Assembly: GCA_001513495.1 (NCBI GenBank)
Contig: LFTN01000153.1
Location: 1-48,385 of the forward strand
DNA length: 48,385 bases
Source: Clostridiales bacterium DTU087
GTDB lineage: Bacteria; Bacillota; Limnochordia; DTU087
Direction: 5' to 3'
The translations under genes were made by a program, and so were the position numbers. Below are positions 1-12,592 of this stretch, piece by piece; position 1 is the stretch's first letter, and the number at the start of each line of letters is the position of its first letter. The notes below the pieces were generated by a model. The model was given only the letters and a program-made list of their open reading frames with translations. It made no database searches and was not told the DNA's origin.

Positions 1-315
1 ATCAACAGCTGGGAGAATCCGGAAGTCAGGATGTCTTCGGCAGTCGCCCATGCCACAAACACTTTGCGGGAATTCCTTTTCCAAAGGATATACCTGGCCC
101 AGAGCGCTGCAGAGCAGAAGGAGAAGATCCACCGGATGATCACTGCCCTATTTCGGTACTACATGACCTATCCCCATCGCCTCCCGGAGCAGTTTAGAAA
201 TGGCAGCGAGGACGAGCTGCAGCTGTTGGTGGCTGATTACATTGCCGGGATGACTGACCGATACGCGTTGGCTGAGTTTGAAAAGCTCTTCCTGCCGAAG
301 GCTTGGTCGTTGTGA
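1..315 (+). CDS. dgt: dGTP triphosphohydrolase-family HD protein, C-terminal fragment (5' end outside window)
   Basis: The frame is open from base 1 to the TGA at 313-315. The tail ...LLVADYIAGMTDRYALAEFEKLFLP carries the conserved YIAGMTDRYA C-terminal signature of dGTPase-like proteins. A position directly upstream of dnaG is common in Firmicutes. Confidence 0.7.
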   Translation: MNSWENPEVRMSSAVAHATNTLREFLFQRIYLAQSAAEQKEKIHRMITALFRYYMTYPHRLPEQFRNGSEDELQLLVADYIAGMTDRYALAEFEKLFLPKAWSL

Positions 316-367
316 AGCAGGGATAGTCTGTATGCAAAGCGAACTCGTATCAGGCGGGGTGAATGCT

Positions 368-2236
368 ATGTCTGGTCTCATTCCGGAGCGGGTCATCGCC
401 GAGGTTAGGGAGCGCAACGACATCGTTTCCGTCATATCCGAATATGTTCAGTTGCGCCGAACGGGGAAGAACTGGCAGGGCCTTTGTCCCTTCCACAAAG
501 AGAAAACCCCGTCTTTCAATGTAAATCCAGAAGAGCAGTTTTACTATTGCTTCGGCTGCGGCGCGGGCGGAAATGTAATCAATTTCTTGATGGCTATGGA
601 GAACCTTTCCTTTCGTGAAGCTTTGGAAAGGCTGGCGGAAAGAGCAGGCATACCGATAGTCACCGAGGGCCGGGGTCCCGAAGCAACAAAGCATCAGTCT
701 GAAAAGGACCGCATGCTGCAGCTGCATAGGGCGGCACAGGAGTTCTTCCACAGCCAACTCTTTGGCAGAGCTGGCGGGCTGGCCAGACAATACTTGACGG
801 CCAGGGGAATTCAGGGAGAGACAGCCCGGCGATTTGGCCTTGGCTATGCTCCAGCTGAATGGAGGAGCCTCTTGACCCATATAGAGCAGCAGGGTTTCAG
901 TGAAGCTGAATGCTTGGCTGCAGGGCTGGCATCGGAAGGGCGAGGTTCCCGCTGCTATGACCGGTTTAGGGGACGCCTGATGTTCCCCGTCTGTGATCGC
1001 CGGGGACAGCCCATTGCCTTCGGGGGCAGGGTGCTGGATGCGTCACAGCCAAAGTACCTGAACTCCCCGGAGACACTGATATTCACCAAGGGGAATAATC
1101 TGTATAGACTTGACCTGGCTCGCCGGGGTTTTCGAGAGAAAGGGTTCGCCATCTTAGTTGAAGGGTATATGGATGTCATCAGCCTCTATCAGATGGGATG
1201 GGATAATGCCGTTGCTGCTTTGGGAACCGCAGTGACGGAGAATCAAGCCAGGATTCTGCATCGATATGCTAAGGAAGTAGTCATTGCCTTTGATGGAGAC
1301 GCCGCGGGAGAAGCAGCTGCCTGGCGGGGCTTGGAGATACTGCGGCAGCAAGGCCTGAGGGTGCGGGTGGCGGAGCTTCCTGGGGGGGAAGACCCTGATA
1401 CGTTTGTCCGCACGTATGGAGACCGAGCCTTTGAGGAGCTCTTGGCCAAGGCTCCGGGATTGACTGAATTCAAGCTGGGGGCTATTATTCGCCGGGCGGA
1501 TCTGTCCACCGTGGATGGAAAAGTTGCTGCCACGGGAAGGATTATAGAGGTGTTGGCAGAAATAGATAGTCCTGTAGAGCAAAACGAGTATCTCCGCTGG
1601 TCAGCTGCCAGGCTGAAAATCAGTGAAGATGTACTGGCAGCTGAGCTGGACGCTTATGAGGCAAAAGCAGGTATTGAAAGCAGCTCTAGGCATAGAATCT
1701 CTACGAAGAGCAATAATAGGGAAGATGGCAAGGGCAGAGCTGGCTCCCGGAAGGCCGTTGAGGTGCGGAGGCGAAGTGGCGGCGGCCTCCGGGGGTTATC
1801 TGACATAGAAGCCAATCTGCTGCGTCTGTTGCTGCATAACCGGCAGCTGGTGGAGCGGGTCAAGGATGTCTTATCGCCCAGGGATTTTCGCCACCCTGTG
1901 GCGCAGCAGGCCATGGAATGCTTGCTTGCCTGCTGTGAGGCTGGGCGCTTGGAGAGCGGGGCTGCGGTATTTGATTATGTCAAGGATGACAGTGTCCAGG
2001 AGTTTCTTGCCGGACTTTTGACTTCCAGGAGTAGTGCGCCGCCGCCGCAGGCCTGTATGCAGTATGTCCGTCGCCTGCAGATCATGCAGCTTAAGGATGA
2101 TCTTAAGTTTTTGGAAAATCAGATTGGGCAGGTGGAGCAGAAGGCTGTCGATGGCGGGCTGGTCAGCCAGCTCGGCAATCTGCTGATTAGATATCGACAG
2201 GTAAGGGAAGAGATTAGTAGGGGATTCCAATCATAA
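368..2236 (+). CDS. dnaG: DNA primase DnaG
   Basis: Lies in ORF 278-2236. Zinc ribbon CPFHKEKTPSFNV...CFGCGAGGN and TOPRIM motifs EGYMDVISL and AFDGDAAGEAA are present. I place the start at ATG 368 (MSGLIPERVIAEV...) because primases start a few residues before the conserved IP..I element; ATG 332 is an alternative. Confidence 0.93.
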   Translation: MSGLIPERVIAEVRERNDIVSVISEYVQLRRTGKNWQGLCPFHKEKTPSFNVNPEEQFYYCFGCGAGGNVINFLMAMENLSFREALERLAERAGIPIVTEGRGPEATKHQSEKDRMLQLHRAAQEFFHSQLFGRAGGLARQYLTARGIQGETARRFGLGYAPAEWRSLLTHIEQQGFSEAECLAAGLASEGRGSRCYDRFRGRLMFPVCDRRGQPIAFGGRVLDASQPKYLNSPETLIFTKGNNLYRLDLARRGFREKGFAILVEGYMDVISLYQMGWDNAVAALGTAVTENQARILHRYAKEVVIAFDGDAAGEAAAWRGLEILRQQGLRVRVAELPGGEDPDTFVRTYGDRAFEELLAKAPGLTEFKLGAIIRRADLSTVDGKVAATGRIIEVLAEIDSPVEQNEYLRWSAARLKISEDVLAAELDAYEAKAGIESSSRHRISTKSNNREDGKGRAGSRKAVEVRRRSGGGLRGLSDIEANLLRLLLHNRQLVERVKDVLSPRDFRHPVAQQAMECLLACCEAGRLESGAAVFDYVKDDSVQEFLAGLLTSRSSAPPPQACMQYVRRLQIMQLKDDLKFLENQIGQVEQKAVDGGLVSQLGNLLIRYRQVREEISRGFQS

Positions 2237-2290
2237 AAGGGGTTAGAAAGTGATTGTCTCAATTTCAGGTAATGGGAAGGGGGGAGCGCG

Positions 2291-3394
2291 GTGAACAAAG
2301 ATAATGGAAAGGCTAACATCGAGAATCTGAACATCTTGATCAGCAAAGGTAAGAAAAGCGGTGTCCTGACGTATAAAGAGATAATGGATGCCCTGCAAGA
2401 AGTGGAACTGTCTCCAGACCAGATAGATGATATCTATGAACAGTTCTCAACCCTCGGTATCGATATCGTGGCTGATGCCGATGACGACGATGATCATGCT
2501 GTCGATGACGAGTTCGAGAAAGCCGACGACCAAGATGATGCCGACTGGGGTGTCCTGGATGGCATTGGTCTAGATGATCCTGTTCGGATGTACTTGAAGG
2601 AGATCGGGCGGGTGCCGTTATTGACCGCTGATGAAGAGATTGAGCTGGCAAAGCGGATCGAGCAAGGCGATGAGATGGCCAAGAGAAAACTGGCTGAGGC
2701 TAACCTTCGCCTAGTAGTCAGCATTGCAAAGCGGTATGTGGGGCGAGGCATGCTCTTTCTCGATCTCATTCAAGAAGGCAACCTGGGGTTGATCAAAGCT
2801 GTAGAGAAGTTTGATTACCGGAAGGGGTTCAAATTTAGCACCTATGCCACTTGGTGGATTAGGCAGGCTATCACCAGGGCGATTGCAGATCAGGCCAGAA
2901 CCATTCGCATTCCTGTACACATGGTAGAAACCATTAATAAGCTGATTAGGGTCAGCAGGCAGTTGGTGCAGGAACTCGGCCGGGACCCGACACCGGAAGA
3001 GATAGCCCGGGAAATGGACCTGTCAGAGGAACGGGTAAGGGAGATTCTCAAGATTGCCCAGGAACCGGTGTCTTTGGAGACCCCCATTGGAGAGGAAGAA
3101 GACAGCCATCTTGGAGATTTTATAGAAGATCAAGATGCACCGGCTCCTGCAGAGGCAGCCTCATTTATGATGCTGCGAGAACAGCTTGAAGATGTCTTGG
3201 ATACGCTGACAGACCGGGAAGAGCAAGTCTTGCGCCTGCGGTTTGGACTGGATGATGGTCGTTCCCGCACTCTTGAAGAGGTAGGGCAAGTTTTTGGCGT
3301 GACTCGAGAGAGGATTCGCCAAATCGAAGCAAAGGCCTTGCGTAAGCTGAGGCATCCCAGCCGCAGCAAGAAGTTGAAGGACTTCCTGGAGTAG
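2291..3394 (+). CDS. sigA: Primary (housekeeping) RNA polymerase sigma factor SigA/RpoD
   Basis: Has an acidic region 1 ([22 protein letters not shown]), region 2 [40 protein letters not shown] and region 4.2 [29 protein letters not shown]. It follows dnaG as in the conserved dnaG-sigA operon. GTG start after a G-rich SD. Confidence 0.95.
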   Translation: MNKDNGKANIENLNILISKGKKSGVLTYKEIMDALQEVELSPDQIDDIYEQFSTLGIDIVADADDDDDHAVDDEFEKADDQDDADWGVLDGIGLDDPVRMYLKEIGRVPLLTADEEIELAKRIEQGDEMAKRKLAEANLRLVVSIAKRYVGRGMLFLDLIQEGNLGLIKAVEKFDYRKGFKFSTYATWWIRQAITRAIADQARTIRIPVHMVETINKLIRVSRQLVQELGRDPTPEEIAREMDLSEERVREILKIAQEPVSLETPIGEEEDSHLGDFIEDQDAPAPAEAASFMMLREQLEDVLDTLTDREEQVLRLRFGLDDGRSRTLEEVGQVFGVTRERIRQIEAKALRKLRHPSRSKKLKDFLE

Positions 3395-3491
3395 AATAGG
3401 GCGGCCCAGGGCAGCTCCTTGGGCTGGCCCTGTGCAGGCAGGGCCTGGATAGAGCTGGGTGCAGCTGCGATGATTCGTTGAGAAACACCGG

Positions 3492-3520
3492 TTGACTGAT
3501 CAATTGATATGGATTATAAT
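3492..3520 (+). promoter_or_regulatory. Sigma-A type promoter of the tRNA-Asn/tRNA-Met pair
   Basis: TTGACT (3492-3497), exactly 17 nt, then TATAAT (3515-3520). The -10 ends 15 nt before the mature tRNA 5' end. Confidence 0.65.
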
Positions 3521-3535
3521 AAGAACATCCGTTGT

Positions 3536-3610
3536 TCCTCGGTAGCTCAATGGTAGAGCACCCGGCTGTTAACCGGGTGGTTGTTGGTTCGAGTCCAACC
3601 CGGGGAGCCA
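3536..3610 (+). tRNA. tRNA-Asn (anticodon GTT)
   Basis: Hand-folded cloverleaf: acceptor TCCTCGG/CCGGGGA, D arm GCTC-AATGGTA-GAGC, anticodon stem CCCGG/CCGGG with loop CTGTTAA, T arm GTTGG-TTCGAGT-CCAAC, encoded CCA. Confidence 0.9.
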
Positions 3611-3616
3611 TTTTTT

Positions 3617-3691
3617 GGGCCCTTAGCTCAGCGGTAGAGCAGGGGACTCATAATCCCTTGGCCGTAGGTTCGAATCCTACAGGGCCCACCA
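3617..3691 (+). tRNA. tRNA with CAT anticodon (elongator tRNA-Met, or lysidine-type tRNA-Ile2)
   Basis: Acceptor GGGCCCT/AGGGCCC, D arm GCTC-AGCGGTA-GAGC, anticodon stem GGGGA/TCCCT with loop CTCATAA, T arm GTAGG-TTCGAAT-CCTAC, encoded CCA. Position 1-72 is a G-C pair, so it is not a bacterial initiator. Confidence 0.85.
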
Positions 3692-3710
3692 CATATGAAG
3701 CGCATATGTA

Positions 3711-3748
3711 CCCCTAGGAAGGCAATCCTAGGGGTTGTCTCATTTATT
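3711..3748 (+). terminator. Rho-independent terminator after the tRNA pair
   Basis: CCCCTAGG (3711-3718) pairs with CCTAGGGG (3727-3734) around an 8-nt loop, followed by a T-rich tract TTGTCTCATTTATT. Confidence 0.6.
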
Positions 3749-3823
3749 GTCTATTTATCAAGCTAATGACTTGTGATATGCTAAACGTGCAGGCATACCA
3801 ATTATGAAAGGAAGCTGGTCCAC

Positions 3824-4552
3824 TTGGTGAAAGGAACGGGGAGCGGGAGAGAGTTTGCTAAAGCAGCAGCCTTGTTGGGGGTAGGCATAGTATTGGCATC
3901 CCTGGTCTTTGGCCTATTCTTCTTCGAATCCAGAAGGCCGCAGCAGACTATTACAGTTGTAGGGACAGCTTCGAAGCAGTATGAGGCTGACACAGTGAAA
4001 TGGTCCTTGTCACTAACTGAGAGAACTGGACTGGACGACTTGGCCGGTGGTAGGCGGAGGCTCTATGACTCTCTCCAAGAGATGCTGCATTTTCTAAGGG
4101 AGAGCGGTGTTGATGACAGTGAGGTCACCATCATTCCTCCCAGTGTGTATGAGTTTTACGGGAGCAGCGGGATAGAGGGCTATCGCTTGGAGCAGCAGGT
4201 CTACGTCATATCTCAGGATGTAGATACCATCGACAACCTGGCCCTAGAGGTGCTTCCACAGTTGGATACAGACCTTGACGTATACAACAGTCGGTTGGAG
4301 TACTTCTACTCGAATTTGGATGAACTCAAGAAGGACATGGTAGGTGAGGCGACCCAGAATGCCAGGGAACGGGCACTGGAGATGCTCAAGGGTTCAGACA
4401 TGTCTTTAGGGAAGCTGAGAACCCTGCGGCAGGGAGTATTCCAGATCACCCAGCCCCATTCTACCGAGGTGTCCAGCATGGGGATTCACGACACATCAAC
4501 CAAAAGCAAACAGATTAGCGTCACTGCCCATGCTACCTTTGAGATCAAGTAG
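3824..4552 (+). CDS. SIMPL-domain (DUF541) membrane-anchored protein
   Basis: N-terminal hydrophobic anchor AAALLGVGIVLASLVFGLFFF, followed by a SIMPL-like layout (ITVVGTASKQYEADTVKWSLSL ... EGYRLEQQVYVISQDVD ... ATQNARERALEML). The start is TTG 3824 or GTG 3827, after AAAGGAAG. Confidence 0.55.
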   Translation: MVKGTGSGREFAKAAALLGVGIVLASLVFGLFFFESRRPQQTITVVGTASKQYEADTVKWSLSLTERTGLDDLAGGRRRLYDSLQEMLHFLRESGVDDSEVTIIPPSVYEFYGSSGIEGYRLEQQVYVISQDVDTIDNLALEVLPQLDTDLDVYNSRLEYFYSNLDELKKDMVGEATQNARERALEMLKGSDMSLGKLRTLRQGVFQITQPHSTEVSSMGIHDTSTKSKQISVTAHATFEIK

Positions 4553-4590
4553 CTGCGGGGCAGCTGCAGAGAGTAAAGGCGCAAATTAGA

Positions 4591-4640
4591 CGGGAAGCAG
4601 CTCAAGGACAGCCAAATCCTGAGCCGCTCCCCGTTTTTTT
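4591..4640 (+). terminator. Rho-independent terminator after the SIMPL gene
   Basis: CGGGAAGCAGCTCAAGG pairs imperfectly with CCTGAGCCGCTCCCCG (two A-C mismatches, one bulge) and is followed by T7 (4634-4640). Confidence 0.7.
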
Positions 4641-4940
4641 ATTCTAAATGCCCTCGGGTGTTGAAAGCACATACATGTATCTGCCTCTGTCAGCATAGTG
4701 CCGCTGACGGGCGCGGAAAACCGCGCCCCGTGTGGCGCAGCAGACTGGCCGGCACAGGCCGGCACCGTGGGCGGCTGTGCGGGGAAGCTGTGGGAAGCAG
4801 CTGTGCATGCCTACGGCGGGCTTGCCGTTGACAACGGCGTTCTGCGGCGGCTGCGCCCTGTGGAAGGAATATCAGATACTGTCAAGAATATCCATAGATG
4901 GAATACTCAGATGCTTAACTGATGGGATTGAGGACGATGA

Positions 4941-8063
<3,123 letters not shown>

Positions 8064-8084
8064 GGGAACGATGCCCATGGTGGT

Positions 8085-8112
8085 CAGAGCTGCCTAACAC
8101 AAGGCAGCTCTG
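8085..8112 (+). terminator. Stem-loop after lacZ (probable terminator, weak T tract)
   Basis: CAGAGCTGCCT (8085-8095) and AGGCAGCTCTG (8102-8112) form a perfect 11-bp stem with a 6-nt loop. The downstream sequence AGGTTCTTG is only weakly T-rich. Confidence 0.45.
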
Positions 8113-8350
8113 AGGTTCTTGATGAGGTGTCAATGCAGTGAGTTGAGATGTAGGATGGCAAGGGTAGGGCTGATAGGGAGACTGAACTGACTAACACAGC
8201 TCTTGACCAGCAGGCTCGCCCGCCTGCACATGGTTCCTTGGTAGCGGGGCAAAAGTACGGCAATCATGGTGAGGGAGATCATGGCGCAGGGAGCGGAAAA
8301 TAGGGTATAATGGGAGTAAGTTCCACCAAGTACACCAGGAGGTGATGATT

Positions 8351-9154
8351 GTGAGGCTGTGGCGTTGTTTAGCCCTCGTTTTGGCTGTAGTGATGCTTTC
8401 TACATTGGTGGTAAGTGCAGAATCGGGGACCAAGTCCTTGATCATCAACCCTAGTCCCAAGAGTGATTTGCGGGTGCGCCTCTGGACCGATAAGGGCACC
8501 AGCGAGCCCAGTTACCGGGTTGGCGAAAGCGTTCAGTTGTACTTTGAAGTCAGTGAGAATGCATATGTAGCTATTTTTGATGTCAATGCCGCCGGCAAGG
8601 TGACTCAGCTGTTCCCCAATCCCCACCAGCCAGACGGTTATGCCCGCAGAAATAGGATCTACCGGGTGCCAGACAAGTATGACATCGTTGCGGCACCTCC
8701 CATTGGAGAAGAGAACCTGTTGATTGTGGCAACTCGCAACAAGCCTGTAGACTATCCTGAGCTGCTGCGGGAGAACGGTGTAGACCGACTGATATCCAGG
8801 CTGCGGCGCCGGCTAGCCCTGTCCGGTGAAGACTGGGCCATGGACCTTTGCCTTCTCAGGATTGAACCTGCCAGGCGGACGACTATAACCTACGAAGTCC
8901 ATTCCAACCTTTCAGGAGTCAAGCTGTTTGTAGACGGGAACTACGTCGGAGAGCTTCCTCAGGCAGTGGAGCTGGGGGAGGGAGAACATCAGCTGGTGGC
9001 ACTGAAAAGTGGGTACAAGGCGGCCATTAGAGAGGTTAATGTCGATAGGAACAGCCGGGACGGCAGATGGATGGTTCGGCTGGATTCCCTAAAAACCCAA
9101 TATCCCTTTGCTGTGGAAGGCCGCTTCCATCTGGATATCGAGTTTAGGTATTAG
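8351..9154 (+). CDS. Secreted DUF4384 plus PEGA domain protein
   Basis: Signal-peptide-like MRLWRCLALVLAVVMLSTLVVSA-ES. DUF4384-like core VQLYFEVSENAYVAIFDVNAAGKVTQLFPN. C-terminal PEGA-like GVKLFVDGNYVGELPQAVELGEGEHQLVALKSGYK. GTG 8351 lies 8 nt after AGGAGG (8337-8342); the ORF is open from 8342. Confidence 0.6.
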   Translation: MRLWRCLALVLAVVMLSTLVVSAESGTKSLIINPSPKSDLRVRLWTDKGTSEPSYRVGESVQLYFEVSENAYVAIFDVNAAGKVTQLFPNPHQPDGYARRNRIYRVPDKYDIVAAPPIGEENLLIVATRNKPVDYPELLRENGVDRLISRLRRRLALSGEDWAMDLCLLRIEPARRTTITYEVHSNLSGVKLFVDGNYVGELPQAVELGEGEHQLVALKSGYKAAIREVNVDRNSRDGRWMVRLDSLKTQYPFAVEGRFHLDIEFRY

Positions 9155-9200
9155 TGGAAGAAGAACCTGAGCAGCCAGCAGCTAGCAGCTGCTTAATGAG

Positions 9201-9229
9201 TACCGGCCCATCTGGGGCCGGTATTTATT
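9201..9229 (+). terminator. Rho-independent terminator after the DUF4384/PEGA gene
   Basis: TACCGGCCC (9201-9209) pairs with GGGCCGGTA (9215-9223) around a 5-nt loop, followed by TTTATT. Confidence 0.7.
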
Positions 9230-9319
9230 GTGTTGGGGAGGAACTTGACAATAAATAGAGAATGTTTCTTCAGGTATGGTAAGCTGCGCCGGCCTCAGCT
9301 CGAAGGAGATGATGCAGCA

Positions 9320-10114
9320 GTGATAGTGGCGGCAGATATCATTGCATACATGGAGGAGCTTTTTCCCCAGTCGCTGGCAGAGGAATGGGACAATGTCGGA
9401 CTGCAGGTAGGCTCTGCTTCATCTCCCTGTAGGACAGTGATGACTTGCCTGACAGTAACTGAGGCTGCAGCTGAGTACGCTGCCGAAACAAGCGTTGATT
9501 TGATCATCAGCCATCATCCCTTGATCTTTGCACCATTGAAAAGAGTGACACTGGATAACTCAGTGGGCCGGATCATCTACAGTCTCGTTACTCACCGGAT
9601 TAGTCTGTTTGTCGGCCATACCAATATCGATAGGGCCGAGGGAGGCCTCAATGATTGGCTGGCTGAGTCTCTGCATCTCTTGGATGTCGGCGTTCTAGAG
9701 CCTGAACTAGATGAGAGCGGCTACGGCCGTATCGGCCGGCTGCAGTCGAAGATGACCCTTGCCTCCTTGGCAAAGTATGTCGGTGAGGTACTAGGCATAC
9801 AGGGGGTCCGAATAGTGGGCCCTAATGATAGGCTGGTGCAGGCAGTGGCAGTGTGCAGCGGCAGCGGATCACATTTGTGGCCGGCAGCCCTAGCACAGGG
9901 TGCCGATGTCCTGATTACAGGAGATGTGAAATACCATACTGCCCTGGACGTTAGCAGCACATCGCTGGCCATGATTGATGCTGGCCATTTCGGTACTGAA
10001 GCGGTCTTTGCATCACGGCTGGCCGATTTATTGGAAGAGGAGGGGAAGAGGAGGCAATGGCCGCTGCGGGTGATTGCCTACGAAGCTGAAACCGACCCCA
10101 TGGCCGCTGTGTAG
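9320..10114 (+). CDS. Nif3-family dinuclear metal centre protein (YqfO/YbgI type)
   Basis: The N-terminus IIAYMEELFPQSLAEEWDNVGLQVG plus ISHHPLIF, HTNID and GHFGTE are Nif3 signatures. The start is placed at GTG 9320, 11 nt after GAAGGAG; the ORF is open from 9230. Confidence 0.85.
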   Translation: MIVAADIIAYMEELFPQSLAEEWDNVGLQVGSASSPCRTVMTCLTVTEAAAEYAAETSVDLIISHHPLIFAPLKRVTLDNSVGRIIYSLVTHRISLFVGHTNIDRAEGGLNDWLAESLHLLDVGVLEPELDESGYGRIGRLQSKMTLASLAKYVGEVLGIQGVRIVGPNDRLVQAVAVCSGSGSHLWPAALAQGADVLITGDVKYHTALDVSSTSLAMIDAGHFGTEAVFASRLADLLEEEGKRRQWPLRVIAYEAETDPMAAV

Positions 10115-10130
10115 AAAGGAGTCTTGGATA

Positions 10131-10313
10131 GTGGAAAGGCACTGTGAACTGTGTGGCAAACCGATCCCATCAGAAAGACTAGATGCGCTGCCCCAGACCC
10201 GGCGCTGCGTAGATTGTGCAAGGGAGAACGGGTCCGACATCCATGCTAAGCGGGTAGAGATCGGAATGGACTTAGATACCTACAGGGACTTGCTTCGTGC
10301 TGTCCGCAGCTAA
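10131..10313 (+). CDS. DksA/TraR-family C4 zinc-finger protein (about 60 aa)
   Basis: CELCGKPIPSERLDALPQTRRCVDCA is a CxxC-N17-CxxC motif. GTG 10131 lies 8 nt after AAAGGAG (10116-10122). The longer ORF from 10074 overlaps nif3. Confidence 0.6.
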   Translation: MERHCELCGKPIPSERLDALPQTRRCVDCARENGSDIHAKRVEIGMDLDTYRDLLRAVRS

Positions 10314-10433
10314 TAAGGTCCACTAGCTGCAGCAAGACCCTAGGCGGCGGAGTACCGATTTTCCCAGCCCCTTGGGCAGTATTGTAGAGCGATGATTGCA
10401 CAAATCACCGCTTTTTTCTTTTTTGAGGTTGAG

Positions 10434-10472
10434 AACCCCCGGAATTCGTTGTCCGGGGGTTGATGTTTTTTT
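10434..10472 (+). terminator. Rho-independent terminator upstream of the dcw cluster
   Basis: AACCCCCGGA (10434-10443) and TCCGGGGGTT (10452-10461) form a perfect 10-bp stem with an 8-nt loop. T7 follows at 10466-10472. Confidence 0.75.
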
Positions 10473-10515
10473 GAATCAGGCAGGAATTTGCTCAAAGGGG
10501 TGGAATAAGGAAGGC

Positions 10516-10545
10516 AAAGTGGTAGAAAGTGGGGGGAAGTGGAGG
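10516..10545 (+). promoter_or_regulatory. Candidate MraZ operator: three phased AGTGG repeats
   Basis: AGTGG occurs at 10518-10522, 10528-10532 and 10538-10542, an exact 10-bp period, 30-55 nt upstream of the mraZ ATG. MraZ is known to bind phased GTGG/TGGG-type direct repeats in its own promoter. Confidence 0.5.
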
Positions 10546-10573
10546 GACTTCCCGGGAAAGAGGGGCAGCGGCC

Positions 10574-11005
10574 ATGTTCATGGGAGAATGGCAGCATACG
10601 CTGGATAGTAAAGGCCGCCTGATCATTCCGGCGAAATTCCGCGAGCAGCTGGGGGAGAGATTCATTGTCACCAGGGGCTTAGACCACTGTCTTTTTGTAT
10701 ATCCCCCCTCCGAATGGGCCATATTGGAGGAGAAGCTCAAGTCGCTGCCTCTGACCCAGGGCGATGCCCGCAGGTTTGTGAGATTTCTCTTTTCGGGGGC
10801 CACCGAGTGTGAACTAGATAAACAAGGCAGGATCACCTTGCCCGGCAATTTGAGGGATTATGCCAAACTGGAGAAAGATGTGATGGTGATCGGGGTCTCC
10901 AATCGGGTGGAGATTTGGGCTAAGGAGTCCTGGGATGACTATGTGGAAGAAGCCAGTACATCCTATGAAGAAATCGCAGAGAAAATCGTCGATCTCGGCA
11001 TCTAG
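10574..11005 (+). CDS. mraZ: Transcriptional regulator MraZ
   Basis: [24 protein letters not shown] and a second SpoVT/AbrB-like repeat [17 protein letters not shown]. First gene of the dcw cluster. The start is placed at ATG 10574. Confidence 0.95.
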   Translation: MFMGEWQHTLDSKGRLIIPAKFREQLGERFIVTRGLDHCLFVYPPSEWAILEEKLKSLPLTQGDARRFVRFLFSGATECELDKQGRITLPGNLRDYAKLEKDVMVIGVSNRVEIWAKESWDDYVEEASTSYEEIAEKIVDLGI

Positions 11006-11057
11006 TGGCTGGGTAATATGCTGCGGGGAAGACAATGGATGAAAGTTTGGTGACTGC

Positions 11058-12017
11058 TTGGATTATCATCATGTGCCGGTTTTGGCCCGGGAAGTAATCG
11101 AGAAGCTCCTTTGGCGCCGTGATGGAGTCTATGTTGATGCTACAGTAGGCGGGGGAGGCCACGCACGGCTGCTCTTGGAACATGCCGGACGGCAAGCAAG
11201 GCTCATTGCTTTGGACCAAGACCCCAATGCCCTAGAGGCTGCCAAAGAAGCCCTGAAAGATAAAGCATCTCAGGTGGTTTTCATCCATTCTAATTTTGTC
11301 CATCTAGAAAGAGTCTTGACAGAACGTAAGCTCGTGCCTGTGGACGGAATCCTGTTTGACTTGGGAGTCTCGTCGCCGCAGCTGGATGTACCGCAACGGG
11401 GCTTTAGCTATCGCCATGATGCGCCGCTGGACATGAGGATGGACCCCGCTGCAGCGGTAACGGCTGCTGATTTGATTGCGTCACTGCCAGAGAGGGAACT
11501 GGCGAGAATCATATCAGAATACGGCGAAGAACGGTGGGCGAGGCGCATTGCCAAGTTTATCGTGGAAGAGCGGCGCCGCTCGCCTATCACCAGCACAGGC
11601 CATTTAGTTGATGTTATCAAGGCTGCAGTTCCGGCAGGGGCCCGGAAAGATGGACCCCATCCCGCCCGCAGGACATTTCAGGCTTTGCGGATCGCAGTGA
11701 ATCGGGAACTAGAAGTTTTGGAGAAGGCTTTGGCAGATGCTGTCAAGGTTCTCCGGCCTGGGGGCCGGATTGCCGTGATCAGTTTTCATTCATTGGAAGA
11801 CAGGATTGTCAAGAGGACCTTTGGACGGTTGGCCGCCGGGTGTGACTGCCCGCCGGACTTGCCGGTTTGCATGTGCGGGAAGCAAGCCGAGCTCAGGATC
11901 CTCACCCGCAGACCAATAGTACCAACGGAGCTGGAGATTGCCTCCAATCCTCGAGCCCGCAGCGCCAAACTGAGAGTGGCGCAGAAGGTTCTATTGGGTA
12001 AAGGGGATGAATATTGA
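11058..12017 (+). CDS. rsmH: 16S rRNA (cytosine1402-N4)-methyltransferase RsmH
   Basis: HVPVLAREV..., DATVGGGGHA, DLGVSSPQLD, FSYRHDAPLDMRMD and SFHSLEDRIVK motifs. TTG start. Confidence 0.95.
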   Translation: MDYHHVPVLAREVIEKLLWRRDGVYVDATVGGGGHARLLLEHAGRQARLIALDQDPNALEAAKEALKDKASQVVFIHSNFVHLERVLTERKLVPVDGILFDLGVSSPQLDVPQRGFSYRHDAPLDMRMDPAAAVTAADLIASLPERELARIISEYGEERWARRIAKFIVEERRRSPITSTGHLVDVIKAAVPAGARKDGPHPARRTFQALRIAVNRELEVLEKALADAVKVLRPGGRIAVISFHSLEDRIVKRTFGRLAAGCDCPPDLPVCMCGKQAELRILTRRPIVPTELEIASNPRARSAKLRVAQKVLLGKGDEY

Positions 12018-12538
12018 TGGTACTGGCAAGGAAGCATCAAGCGCCTTGGGAAGAAGTATGGGAGGAACCTTCCTACACCCAACAGCCTGCCCCTGTTCCC
12101 AGGCGGCGCCGCCGGCTGCGCGTGCATCCCATGATCCTGCTATCTGTCATGGCCGTGCTGTTGGTGACGCTGACAGTTGTCGGAATCAGCCAGAAGGTCA
12201 AGGTTATTGAGTTGGAATACAGCCTCCAGTCTCTGGAAGTACAGCTGGAGGAAGTGCGGCGGGAAGGACAGCAGCTCCAGCTGAAGGTAGAACAGCTGCA
12301 GTCATTGGCCCACATTGAGCACATCGCCCGCACCCGACTGGGCATGGTGGAGCCGCAGGAAGCCAAGGTCTTGGTGCTGGTCGACTGGGACTCCTGGTCG
12401 GGCACTCAACTGGCAGCTGAGCCGGAAAACAGCTCGATGCTGGCAAGGGAAGGCAGACGGCTTTGGACTGCCCTATTTAACTGGCTGGGGCCGCTGCTGC
12501 CAGGGATGGGTACAGCAGAAGCTGGGCTTCTCCGGTAG
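12017..12538 (+). CDS. ftsL: Cell division protein FtsL (septum formation initiator family)
   Basis: Single transmembrane segment (MILLSVMAVLLVTLTVVGI), then a coiled coil and the conserved IEHIARTRLGMVEP element. It sits between rsmH and the PBP gene. The ATG overlaps the rsmH stop by 1 nt. Confidence 0.75.
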   Translation: MVLARKHQAPWEEVWEEPSYTQQPAPVPRRRRRLRVHPMILLSVMAVLLVTLTVVGISQKVKVIELEYSLQSLEVQLEEVRREGQQLQLKVEQLQSLAHIEHIARTRLGMVEPQEAKVLVLVDWDSWSGTQLAAEPENSSMLAREGRRLWTALFNWLGPLLPGMGTAEAGLLR

Positions 12539-12592
12539 GTGAACCGCTATCATAGACTGGGGCCACCCCTCTGGCCGGAGGCCTGAGGTCTG

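Noticed and set aside
3165-3717. ORFs overlapping the tRNA genes (148 aa on the minus strand, 61 aa on the plus strand).
   Set aside because: They run through two clearly folding tRNAs and the sigA 3' end, so they are artefacts of open frames.
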